From Patescibacteria group bacterium (lineage in GTDB: Bacteria; Patescibacteriota; Minisyncoccia; Minisyncoccales; JAHCRE01): a DNA stretch of 64,000 nucleotides. The stretch lies in NCBI GenBank assembly GCA_020148055.1, contig JAHCRF010000001.1, positions 71,257 through 135,256 of the forward strand. The letters run 5' to 3'. Positions 56,363-64,000 of the stretch are shown here, piece by piece. The translations under genes and the position numbers were made by a program. The notes beneath the pieces were generated by a model. That model did no database searches and was not told where the DNA came from. It saw nothing but the letters and a program-made list of their open reading frames with translations. Positions within the stretch are counted from its first letter, which is position 1; every line of letters begins with the position of its first letter.

Positions 56363-56448
56363 GGAGAGGTGCGCCGAATTGGTAAGGCACTGGTTTGGAG
56401 AACCAGCGGGCCGAAAGGCCCTTGCAGGTTCGAGTCCTGTCCTCTCCG
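56363..56448 (+). tRNA. tRNA-Ser (anticodon GGA), long variable arm
   Basis: Acceptor ggagagg/cctctcc, anticodon loop uuGGAga, extra arm cgggccgaaaggccc, T-loop ttcgagt. Confidence 0.85.
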
Positions 56449-56453
56449 CTTCC

Positions 56454-56945
56454 ATGACAGAAATTCAAAATAAAGAACTTCATCGGATTACCTCAACTGC
56501 CATTGTGCACAAAGACGGTAAATATTTATTATTACAGCGCAGTCCAAATAAAAAGGCCTTTCCGGGGAAATGGACGGTTCCCGGTGGAGGATTAGAGGTT
56601 TCAGATTACATTAACTTGCCAAAGACAACCTCTGACCATTGGTATTTTGCAATTGAAAATTCTTTAAGAAGAGAGATAAAAGAAGAGACTGGTTTGGAAG
56701 TTGGGGAATTGAAATATCTGTGCTCCATGACTTTTATTCGTCCTGATGGAATTCCAACTGTGATTTTAAGTTTCTACTGTGATTGGAAATCAGGTCTAGT
56801 TAAATTAGATGAAGATAATATAAATTATGCTTGGACCGCAGTTGAGGAAGCTAAAAATTATGATTTAGTTGAGGGCTTATTAGAAGAAATCAAAATGGTT
56901 GACCGCCGATACCATCCGCCCTCGGCGGAGATACGAGGCAAGTAA
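56454..56945 (+). CDS. NUDIX hydrolase
   Basis: Start moved to ATG 56454, after the tRNA. Nudix box GGGLEVSD...REIKEETGLEV. The C-terminal tail is encoded by a GC hairpin. Confidence 0.8.
   Translation: MTEIQNKELHRITSTAIVHKDGKYLLLQRSPNKKAFPGKWTVPGGGLEVSDYINLPKTTSDHWYFAIENSLRREIKEETGLEVGELKYLCSMTFIRPDGIPTVILSFYCDWKSGLVKLDEDNINYAWTAVEEAKNYDLVEGLLEEIKMVDRRYHPPSAEIRGK
56903..56928 (+). repeat. GC hairpin (ccgccg-N14-cggcgg) forming the 3' end of the NUDIX ORF
   Basis: Direct reading. Encodes ..DRRYHPPSAEIRGK*. Confidence 0.5.
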
Positions 56946-56957
56946 AATAATAAAATT

Positions 56958-58478
56958 ATGTCAGACTCAATTACTAAAAAACTCTCACTTTTTAAAAAAC
57001 CCTTAAAAGTTCTTTTTGTTGCTGCTGAAGTTCACCCTTACGCTACCATTGGCGGATTGGGAATGGTCGTTTTTTCACTCTCTCGAGCATTGAAGAAGTT
57101 GGGAGTGGATGTGAGGATTTTTATGCCAAAATATGCCTTAATTGACGAAAAAAAATATCGGTTGGAAATAATTTCTGAAGGATTGAGAGTCCCAACTGAT
57201 GAGACAGCCGAGGAAAAAAAGTTTTTGATTTGTAATGTTAAAAGATATCTTCCTACCGATCCTGATGTCCCGGTCTATTTTTTAGAAAATATGGAATATT
57301 ATGAAAAAAGGTCTAATGTCTATGGTTATTCCGATGATCCAATTCGTTTTACTCTTTTATCTCGAGGCGTCTTAGAATTCTTGCGGCAGTCCGATTGGGT
57401 TCCTGATATTATAAATTGTGCTGATTGGCATACAGGCGCTCTCCCAAATTATTTAAAGACTATCTATAACCAAGATCCGATTTTAACTAAAATTAAGACC
57501 GTTTTTTCAATTCACAATCTTTCTCATCAAGGGGTTTTTGACCATCGTTTTGTCTCAGAATTAGATTTTGATGATGGGAAATCACTAATTGCTCCATTTT
57601 TTTCGGAAAAACTTTCAAAACAAAATTTTATGAGAAGAGGAGTTATTTATTCTGATATTGTTAACACCGTTTCCGAAACCTATTCAAGGGAAATTTTGAC
57701 CAAAGAGTATGGTGAGAGATTAGATGATCTTTTAAAAGAGGTAAGGACAAAAGTTTTTGGAATTTTGAATGGTTTGGACTATCGGGAATTAAATCCAGCC
57801 ACTGATAAATTAATTCCTTTCAATTTTAGTATCTCAAATCTTAAAAGAAGAATTAAGAACAAAATTCATCTTCAGAAAGAATTTAATTTGGAGATTTCAT
57901 TAGATATCCCAATTTTGGGAATGGTGGGCAGGTTGAGCGGACAAAAGGGGATTGATCTCCTTTTTCCAATTTTGGAAACTTTAATTTCTGAGTTTAATAT
58001 TCAATTTGTTGCTGTCGGAGCAGGGGAAGCAAAATATCGAACTTTTTTTGAAGAGATTGCCAAAAAATTCCCTAAAAAAGTTGGTTGCCATTTAATGTTT
58101 GATTTTGTTTTAGCCAGGCGTGTTTTTACAGGTTGTGATTTGTTTTTAATACCATCTAAATTCGAACCCTGCGGGATTACCCAAATGGAGGCAATGAGAT
58201 ATGGAGCAATACCGGTCGTTAGAAAAACCGGGGGATTGGCTGATACGGTTGAAGATTTTGACCCAAAAAAGAATTCGGGGAACGGTTTTGTTTTTGAGGA
58301 TTTCAACGCCTATGCCTTTTTTGGAGCAATAGTCCGGGCTTTAGAAACTTATAAACACAAAAAAATCTGGCAAGAATTAATGAAGAGGGCAATGAAAGCT
58401 GATTTTTCTTGGGAGGTCTCAGCTAAAAAATATTTCGAACTCTATAAGAAAGCTCTTGTTTTTGTTTTTAAGAAATAA
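56958..58478 (+). CDS. glgA: glycogen/starch synthase (GT5), paralog 1
   Basis: VAAEVHPYATIGGLGMVV (KxGGL-like region), GRLSGQKGIDL and SKFEPCGITQMEAMRYG. Confidence 0.85.
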   Translation: MSDSITKKLSLFKKPLKVLFVAAEVHPYATIGGLGMVVFSLSRALKKLGVDVRIFMPKYALIDEKKYRLEIISEGLRVPTDETAEEKKFLICNVKRYLPTDPDVPVYFLENMEYYEKRSNVYGYSDDPIRFTLLSRGVLEFLRQSDWVPDIINCADWHTGALPNYLKTIYNQDPILTKIKTVFSIHNLSHQGVFDHRFVSELDFDDGKSLIAPFFSEKLSKQNFMRRGVIYSDIVNTVSETYSREILTKEYGERLDDLLKEVRTKVFGILNGLDYRELNPATDKLIPFNFSISNLKRRIKNKIHLQKEFNLEISLDIPILGMVGRLSGQKGIDLLFPILETLISEFNIQFVAVGAGEAKYRTFFEEIAKKFPKKVGCHLMFDFVLARRVFTGCDLFLIPSKFEPCGITQMEAMRYGAIPVVRKTGGLADTVEDFDPKKNSGNGFVFEDFNAYAFFGAIVRALETYKHKKIWQELMKRAMKADFSWEVSAKKYFELYKKALVFVFKK

Positions 58479-58479
58479 A

Positions 58480-58509
58480 TCCCGCACCTTGCTTGCAAGG
58501 TGCGGGATA
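58480..58509. terminator. strong GC hairpin (atcccgcaccttgc / gcaaggtgcgggat) between glgA-1 and the GH57 gene
   Basis: 14-nt perfect inverted arms. There is no clear T-run, so the terminator role is uncertain. Confidence 0.45.
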
Positions 58510-58516
58510 AAATCTT

Positions 58517-60010
58517 ATGATTTGGGCAAATTTTTTACATATTTATCAACCGGCTGAACAACAGCCGGATATTTTAGAGGCGATTGTTGTTCAAAGTTAT
58601 CGACCGATTTTAGAAGGATTTAAAAAACACAAAAAAGTAAGGCTTACTTTTAATGTTAATGGAGCCCTCCTGGAGCTGTTTGATAGATACAAATATTACG
58701 ACCTTATTGATATTTTAAGAGAACTGGGTCAAGAAGGAAGGATCGAATTTACTAGTTCGGCAAAATATCATGCCTTTTTACCTTTTTTGGAAGAAAAAGA
58801 GATTATTCGTCAAATTAAGATTAACGATGAAACAAACAAGTTTTTCTTAGGCAAAGCTTATAATCCCCAAGGTTTCTTCCCGCCTGAAATGGCTTATAAA
58901 GAAGAATTAGCAAAGATTATTGCCGATTTAGGATTTAAATGGATAATTTTAGATGAAATTGCTTGTGGGGGCGAGGTTGAAAAAGTGGATTATACAAAGA
59001 TTTATCAAATTAAAAATACCAAACTCAAAGTTTTTTTTAGGGAAAGGAGATTAAGCAACTTGATTATGTCAGCGGTTGTTCGTTCTCGAGAAACTTTGAT
59101 TGAGGCAATGAAAGAGGATTTAAAAACTAACCGTTATTTAATTACGGCTATGGATGGTGAGACTTTTGGCCATCACCGACCGGGATTGGAAAAATTACTT
59201 TTTGATGTCTTTGAAGTTCCAGATTTTGATTTAATCAAGATTTCAGAAATTCCGGATTTCTATAAAAAAGTCAAAATAGTAAAACCTGTTAAATCAACCT
59301 GGGCGAGTAGTAAAGAAGATATTGAAAAAAATATTCAATTTCTCTCCTGGTCTGATCCAGAAAATATTATTCATAAATGGCAATGGAGTTTTCTCAAGAT
59401 GGTTTTAAATGAATTTTATAGAATGGATAAAAATCACTCCCGGTATCAAATGATAAGAAAAAAAATTGACCTCTGTTTATCCAGTGATCAATTTTGGTGG
59501 GCATCAGCTAAACCCTGGTGGAGCTTAGAGATGATTGAAGATGGTGTCTATCGATTATTAGATGCCATTCGAAATATTCCCAATGTTTCAAAAGAGAAAT
59601 TGAGAAAAGCCAGGGATTTCTATGAAAATATTGTTTCAACTGCTTTTGAGTGGCAAAGGACTGGAAAAATTAGGAAAATGATGAAAGAGCAGGAATCCGT
59701 CTTAAGAATTCCCTTCAAAGATCGAACTATTGGAAAAGGGGGAGCTGAAAGAGGAGTTTATTATGCTTTCTTGCATATGATGAAAAATTCAGAAAAAAAA
59801 GCCGCCAAAAAGAGAGAATATGAAAAGGCAATTCTTTGGCGGGATGCAATTTATAAGCTGGAAAACAAACTGGATATTTACGATGCTCTAAACGCAATCG
59901 ATCTTTTACGAACAAAAATCCCTCATGACCAAATTGAAAAAACTATTAAGAAATATAAAGCAAAGTATCGGGAAATCCGAGGAGGTCAACCCGAACAAAG
60001 AGGGTCTTGA
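58517..60010 (+). CDS. glycoside hydrolase family 57 protein (alpha-glucan-active)
   Basis: FLHIYQP start and the DGETFGHH catalytic region typical of GH57. Confidence 0.75.
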   Translation: MIWANFLHIYQPAEQQPDILEAIVVQSYRPILEGFKKHKKVRLTFNVNGALLELFDRYKYYDLIDILRELGQEGRIEFTSSAKYHAFLPFLEEKEIIRQIKINDETNKFFLGKAYNPQGFFPPEMAYKEELAKIIADLGFKWIILDEIACGGEVEKVDYTKIYQIKNTKLKVFFRERRLSNLIMSAVVRSRETLIEAMKEDLKTNRYLITAMDGETFGHHRPGLEKLLFDVFEVPDFDLIKISEIPDFYKKVKIVKPVKSTWASSKEDIEKNIQFLSWSDPENIIHKWQWSFLKMVLNEFYRMDKNHSRYQMIRKKIDLCLSSDQFWWASAKPWWSLEMIEDGVYRLLDAIRNIPNVSKEKLRKARDFYENIVSTAFEWQRTGKIRKMMKEQESVLRIPFKDRTIGKGGAERGVYYAFLHMMKNSEKKAAKKREYEKAILWRDAIYKLENKLDIYDALNAIDLLRTKIPHDQIEKTIKKYKAKYREIRGGQPEQRGS

Positions 60011-61041
60011 GTTTTACCAAAGATAATATTGGAAAATATTTTAGGTTTCGTCTTAAAAAGAAGGCAGCCTACTAAAGACTGGGCAGCAATTCTTTTTCTT
60101 AAAATAATAAAATCTTTTCTTAAAATAGGATCTTTTAAAACTTTATTCCAATTTTGGCCAAAATATTCTTTAAGAAAAATTTTAGAGAAATCTTTAAGGT
60201 TATCTAAAGAAAACCTTTTAAGTAGCTGGCGATTTATTAAGTCTAATTGGCAAAGGAAAGTGAAAATATCAATAATTTTTCTGGAAAGACGGCTCTCACT
60301 AAAATCTAAGACCCAGACTTTTCTTCCCCCCAAAAATATATTCTTTGGGTGAAAATCGTGATGAGTAATAACCCTATCAGTACTTTTTCTATTTCGATTT
60401 TCCCAATCTACGATTTCATTAATAACTTTTTTCAGAAATTTTAATTTGCCCGGATAACCTTCCTTTAGAATTCGAAGTTGCTCCTGCCAGTAAGTCTGGC
60501 TATAAGAACCTCGCTTGGCGAGAACCTTGTTTTCTTGCTTCGCTCGAAAATAAGAAAGGGAAAAAACATCTTGAAAACGATAAGGTAAGGTTTTATGAAG
60601 TTTCTTTAGCCAACGGGCACTTTTTTTTAAGGCTGAGAAAATCTCTTGAAATGATTTTTTTTCCAAAATCTCAAAGAATGATTCTCCTTTAATTTCTCTA
60701 GTGATAACCATTGAATGTTTTTTTAAAAAAGCCAGTGGTTCGGGAATGGAGTAATTCCCAGAAGAAAAGTTCCTTTTCCACAAATAATCCATTACCCTCC
60801 AGGATTGGAATCTGGTTGGGTCAGGTGAAGAAAGGGCATGAAAGGCCAAAGTTTCCTTCTTACCATCAATTTTTTTGACCAAAACAGAATATCTAATATG
60901 ATAGCTTCGATCAAGAAAACCTCCTAATCTTTTTGCCTTTACCGAAAGAATCGTTTTTGCCCTTTTGTTAACTTTCTTTTTGTAAGGTAAAAAAAGGCGA
61001 CGACAATAATTTGGGTCAGAAATAAATCGAGGAGAATTCAT
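59986..61041 (-). CDS. APH/choline-kinase-fold kinase (possible sugar/maltose-type kinase)
   Basis: ITHHDFHPKNIF...VWVLDFSES (HxDxxxxN...D(F/L)). Start moved to MNSPRF (61041). Confidence 0.55.
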   Translation of the reverse strand: MNSPRFISDPNYCRRLFLPYKKKVNKRAKTILSVKAKRLGGFLDRSYHIRYSVLVKKIDGKKETLAFHALSSPDPTRFQSWRVMDYLWKRNFSSGNYSIPEPLAFLKKHSMVITREIKGESFFEILEKKSFQEIFSALKKSARWLKKLHKTLPYRFQDVFSLSYFRAKQENKVLAKRGSYSQTYWQEQLRILKEGYPGKLKFLKKVINEIVDWENRNRKSTDRVITHHDFHPKNIFLGGRKVWVLDFSESRLSRKIIDIFTFLCQLDLINRQLLKRFSLDNLKDFSKIFLKEYFGQNWNKVLKDPILRKDFIILRKRIAAQSLVGCLLFKTKPKIFSNIIFGKTQDPLCSG

Positions 61042-61063
61042 TATTTTAAATATAACATAAAAA

Positions 61064-62497
61064 ATGGGCAAAAAATATTTAAAAGTTTTATTTGTAGCGT
61101 CAGAATGCGCCCCAATAGCTAAAGTTGGGGGTTTGGGAGATGTTATAGGAAGTCTGCCAAAGGCCCTAAAGAAATTGAGGGTAGATCTTCGAATTGCTAT
61201 TCCAAAATATAAAGGTATAGATTTTAAGAAACACCTTTTTAAAATAATTGCTAAAAAAATTAAGGTTGGAAAAAGTTTTGTTAATATTTACCAAGGTTTT
61301 TTACCGGGAAGTAAAGTTATTTTATATCTTTTAGAAAATAAAAAATATTTTGGAGAAAATGGAATTTACTTTGAAAGGGGTGCCTTTGTTGGTTCTTTTA
61401 GAGAAATTCAGAGATTTTTGTTTTTTTCTCAGGCAATTTTAGAAATTTTTGAAAATTTAAATTGGTTTCCTCAAATTATTCATTGTCACGATTGGCATAC
61501 GGCAATTGCACCTTTGTTGCTAAAAATAAAAACAAAGAATAAAAAGCCAAAAACTTTACTTACTATTCATAACTTAGCCAATCAAGGAGAATGGAGGGCT
61601 AAAAAAATTTTGGATTTCTTGAATTTAAAAGGAGATGAAATAGATAGTTTAAAAATTAGGGATAAAAGGAAAAAATTAAATATTTTAGCCCAGGGAATTT
61701 TAAATACCGATTTCTTGAATACTGTCAGTAAAACTTATTCTCAGGAAATTTTAACTAAAAAATATGGTGAGGATTTAGAGAAAATACTTTCAAAAAGAAA
61801 AAAAGATCTCTTCGGAATTTTAAATGGCATTGATCAAGACCGGTTTAACCCAAAGGCCTGTCTTAATCTAAAGGTAAATTACTCCGTTTCAAACCTGAAT
61901 CAAAAAAGGGAGAACAAAATAGATCTCCAAAAAATTTTAAAACTTTCTCAAAATCAAAATTTTCCTTTATTTAGTCTTATTGGGCGTTTAACTTCTCAAA
62001 AAGGGATTGATTTAATTGCAAAAATTGTTCCTGATTTAGTAAATTCTGGTTGCCAATTAATAATTTTAGGAGTAGGGGAGCGGAAATATGAAAATAAGCT
62101 CTTAAAATTAGCAAAAAAATATCAAAGGAATGTTTCGGTTCAAATCAAATTTGATCCCGTTCTGGCTCAAAAAATTTACGCTGGCTCGGATTTCTTTTTG
62201 ATGCCTTCTCGTTTTGAGCCCTGTGGATTGGGTCAGTTAATCGCCCAAAGATATGGGACAATTCCAATTGGTAGAAAAACCGGAGGATTGGCCGATACAA
62301 TAGAGCAGGATAAAACCGGTTTTCTTTTTAAAGAATATAAAGCTGGAGCTTTTTTAAGAGTTATTAGAAAAGCTCTAAAATTTTATCAAAACGAAAAAGA
62401 ATGGAAAAAATTAATTAAAAGGGCAATGAAAAAGGATTTTTCCTGGAAAAAATCAGCCAAAGAATATCTAAAACTTTATAACAAGCTTATAGCTTGA
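61064..62497 (+). CDS. glgA: glycogen/starch synthase (GT5), paralog 2
   Basis: VASECAPIAKVGGLGDV (KVGGL), GRLTSQKGIDL and SRFEPCGLGQLIAQRYG. Confidence 0.88.
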   Translation: MGKKYLKVLFVASECAPIAKVGGLGDVIGSLPKALKKLRVDLRIAIPKYKGIDFKKHLFKIIAKKIKVGKSFVNIYQGFLPGSKVILYLLENKKYFGENGIYFERGAFVGSFREIQRFLFFSQAILEIFENLNWFPQIIHCHDWHTAIAPLLLKIKTKNKKPKTLLTIHNLANQGEWRAKKILDFLNLKGDEIDSLKIRDKRKKLNILAQGILNTDFLNTVSKTYSQEILTKKYGEDLEKILSKRKKDLFGILNGIDQDRFNPKACLNLKVNYSVSNLNQKRENKIDLQKILKLSQNQNFPLFSLIGRLTSQKGIDLIAKIVPDLVNSGCQLIILGVGERKYENKLLKLAKKYQRNVSVQIKFDPVLAQKIYAGSDFFLMPSRFEPCGLGQLIAQRYGTIPIGRKTGGLADTIEQDKTGFLFKEYKAGAFLRVIRKALKFYQNEKEWKKLIKRAMKKDFSWKKSAKEYLKLYNKLIA

Positions 62498-62574
62498 TAT
62501 ATCAAAGTGCTGCTTTGTTATAAAACTTTGGCCGTTGATTTACTATAAAATTTTGTTAAAATTAAGTTGCTTTT

Positions 62575-64000
62575 ATGTTTCTTTCTCCTATTGAGGAAAT
62601 CAAAAATCGTCTTGATATAGTAAAAGTAATCTCAAGTTATATTAAATTGAAAAAAGCAGGAGCGAATTATAAGGCTCTCTGTCCCTTTCATTCAGAGAAG
62701 AAACCCTCATTTTTTGTTTCTCCAGCTAGACAAATCTGGCATTGCTTCGGATGTTCCGCCGGAGGCGATATTTTTAAATTTGTAATGCAAATCGAAGGAG
62801 TAGAATTTGGAGACGCCTTAAAGATTTTAGCAAGAAGAGCCGGTGTAAAGTTAAAAAGAGAGGATCCAAAATTAAGAACTGAGAGACAAAGAACTTATGA
62901 AATTTGCGAGCTATCTTCCAGATTTTTCCAAAAACAATTGGAAGGAAGCAAAACCGGTTTGGAAGCTAAAAAATATCTTTTAGCTCGAGGAATTACTGAA
63001 GAATCAATTAAAAAATGGCAAATTGGTTATGCTCCTGATAGCTGGCGGGGATTATCTGATTTTTTGGTCTCTCAAGGATACACGCGGGAAGAAGTTGAAA
63101 AAGCCGGTCTAGCAATAAAAAATGAAAAAGGTAATTTTTATGATCGATTTCGGGGAAGAATAATTTTTCCAATTTTTGATTTAAATTCCCAGCCAATCGG
63201 TTTTGGAGGCCGAGTATTCAAAACAAGTCGCGAGCCACGGGTTATAAGGTCCCGGGCGAGCGACACCTTAAAGGAAGAGGGAGGCAGGGAGCAAGACGAC
63301 CGTCGGAAGGGAGAAACCTTGGTGTCTCCCTCCGAGCCTGCAAAATATATTAATACCCCCGGTACTTTGCTTTATGATAAAAGCCGGATTTTATATGGTT
63401 TAGATAAAGCCAAAATGGAAATTAGAAAAAGAGATTTTTCTATTTTAGTAGAGGGCTATATTGATGTCATTATGTCTCATCAGGTAGGTTTCAATAATGT
63501 GGTAGCTACTTCGGGAACTGCCTTAACGCCTTACCAATTAAAAATTTTGAAAAGGTATTCGGAGAATATTTTGACTGCTTTTGATATGGATATTGCTGGA
63601 GATTGGGCGACTAAAAGAGGAATAGATTTAGCTCAGGCCCAGGGATTTAATGTAAAAATAATTACTATGCCAGAAAGTTTAGACCCGGCTGATATTATTT
63701 CTCAAAATCAAAAAAAATGGAAAGAATTAGTGGAGAGTTCAAAATCAATTTTAGATTTTTATTTTGAAACTACTTTCTCTAAGTTTGATAGAAAAACTCC
63801 CCAGGGAAAGAAGGGGATTTCAAAAATTCTTTTGAAGGTGATAAAAAGAATTCCAAATAAAATTGAACAGTCCTATTGGATTCAGCAACTTTCAAAAAAC
63901 CTGGAAGTTAGAGAGGAAGATGTAATCGCTGAGCTTCGAAAGATAAAAATTGAAAAACCAGAAACTGAGGAGGTTGAGGAATTGCCTCCTCAGAAATCTC
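62575..64000 (+). CDS. dnaG: DNA primase (runs off the window end)
   Basis: Absent from the track because there is no stop. MFLSPIEEIKNRLDIVKVISSYIKLKKAGANYKALCPFHSEKKPSFFVSP..WHCFGCSAGGD zinc ribbon. Toprim EGYIDV..AFDMDIAGD. Contains a 117-nt GC insert. Confidence 0.9.
   Translation, partial: MFLSPIEEIKNRLDIVKVISSYIKLKKAGANYKALCPFHSEKKPSFFVSPARQIWHCFGCSAGGDIFKFVMQIEGVEFGDALKILARRAGVKLKREDPKLRTERQRTYEICELSSRFFQKQLEGSKTGLEAKKYLLARGITEESIKKWQIGYAPDSWRGLSDFLVSQGYTREEVEKAGLAIKNEKGNFYDRFRGRIIFPIFDLNSQPIGFGGRVFKTSREPRVIRSRASDTLKEEGGREQDDRRKGETLVSPSEPAKYINTPGTLLYDKSRILYGLDKAKMEIRKRDFSILVEGYIDVIMSHQVGFNNVVATSGTALTPYQLKILKRYSENILTAFDMDIAGDWATKRGIDLAQAQGFNVKIITMPESLDPADIISQNQKKWKELVESSKSILDFYFETTFSKFDRKTPQGKKGISKILLKVIKRIPNKIEQSYWIQQLSKNLEVREEDVIAELRKIKIEKPETEEVEELPPQKS
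63226..63342 (+). repeat. 117-nt GC-rich structured insert in frame in dnaG
   Basis: Lies between conserved GFGGRVF and (A)KYINTPGT. Hairpin gtcgc-GA-gcc-a-cggg...cccg-ggc-GA-gcgac, followed by a purine-rich segment with a gggaga/tctccc stem. Confidence 0.8.

Noticed and set aside
63008-63196. Track ORF 63008..63196(-)
   Set aside because: It is antisense to the well-supported dnaG reading frame and has no motifs.

Overview
AT-rich (about one-third G+C by eye), gene-dense bacterial segment. The gene content and protein architectures suggest a small-genome, Candidate-Phyla-Radiation/Patescibacteria-like organism (inference only). The backbone is housekeeping: valS, tsaD, recG, ligA, rpoB-rpoC, ftsK, recA, rpsF-ssb-rpsR, ychF, trpS, RNase J, secG, uvrC/uvrA, groES-groEL, lemA-htpX, dnaG and six tRNAs. 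It also holds a complete secretin-less type IV pilus locus (pilMNO, pilB, CheY-like receiver, pilT, pilC, two Cys-rich major pilins, pilD, four minor pilins), an NAD module (pncC plus a nadD-nadE fusion) and a glycogen cluster (two glgA, GH57, APH-fold kinase). The most unusual signal is not a gene cassette. It is a dense population of short repeats that sit in intergenic spacers and also in frame inside essential genes. (1) GC-rich hairpin elements of about 30-120 nt occur as multi-copy families: A in tsaD and rpoB, B in recG and uvrA, C in rpoC and uvrA, E in recG and uvrC, plus single inserts in dnaG, uvrA, uvrC, rpoC and a NUDIX gene. (2) Modules of five degenerate heptamers (35 nt) occur alone inside ORFs, or as inverted pairs flanking a core hairpin in spacers. 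One complete 87-nt palindrome lies in frame inside uvrC. One copy of element C breaks the uvrA reading frame. The behaviour resembles the Rickettsia palindromic elements, but the sequences and heptamer architecture are ones I do not recognise. No CRISPR array, rRNA, transposase or prophage was seen.
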